IMG/VR virus record: IMGVR_UViG_3300021958_000041
Location: 21,197 to 85,196 of that record
Reading direction: 5' to 3' (one strand)
Origin: a virus
Lineage: Duplodnaviria; Caudoviricetes
DNA length: 64,000 nt
A model generated the notes under the pieces. It was not told the DNA's origin. It saw nothing but the letters and a program-made list of their open reading frames with translations, and made no database searches. This document shows, piece after piece, positions 63,983 to 64,000 of the stretch (its first letter is position 1; every line of letters starts with the position of its first letter). Position numbers and translations under genes: made by a program.

Positions 63983-64000
63983 GAGCGAATTTTTTTTCTT

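Noticed and set aside
1-64000. Stop-codon reassignment
   Set aside because: Standard-code ORFs already tile the sequence with tight couplings, and conserved genes are full length
1-64000. tRNA, tmRNA or rRNA genes
   Set aside because: No T-loop GTTCRA in a cloverleaf context and no rRNA-like segments seen; tRNAscan/Infernal not run

Overview
AT-rich (roughly one-third G+C by eye), densely packed segment of a tailed dsDNA phage genome (HK97-fold head, long non-contractile-type tail). Every credible gene is on the + strand and reads in the standard code. Order: GREB1/TAGT-like glycosyltransferase; portal; prohead protease; major capsid; head-tail and tail genes (tail chaperone with a -1 slippery site, 1675-aa tape measure); large tail-tip/fibre proteins, some with poly-Thr tracts; a ~7 kb cluster of glycosyl-, fucosyl- and sulfotransferase-like genes; TerL; small membrane-protein genes; RHH regulator, GGCT, SNF2 helicase; a ParB / C5-methyltransferase / SAM-methyltransferase / YkgJ / ParB / TerS block; an early-type region of small genes behind seven near-identical sigma70-like promoters (amidoligase, class II glutamine amidotransferase, MgsA-C-terminal-like protein); and a mostly non-coding, motif-rich right end. 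I recognised no DNA polymerase, primase, integrase, endolysin, tRNA or CRISPR array. Strongest leads: (1) a putative phage-encoded mucin-like O-glycosylation pathway (DSH/GGEE glycosyltransferase plus elongating and decorating enzymes, with poly-Thr tracts in tail proteins as candidate acceptors); (2) a second protein apparently encoded in the +1 frame inside the C5 methyltransferase; (3) a polar bipartite motif ACCYA-N5-GGCGGTGC confined to GC-rich intergenic islands; (4) apparent absence of GATC and CCGG. Family assignments come from motif recognition by eye, not from database searches.
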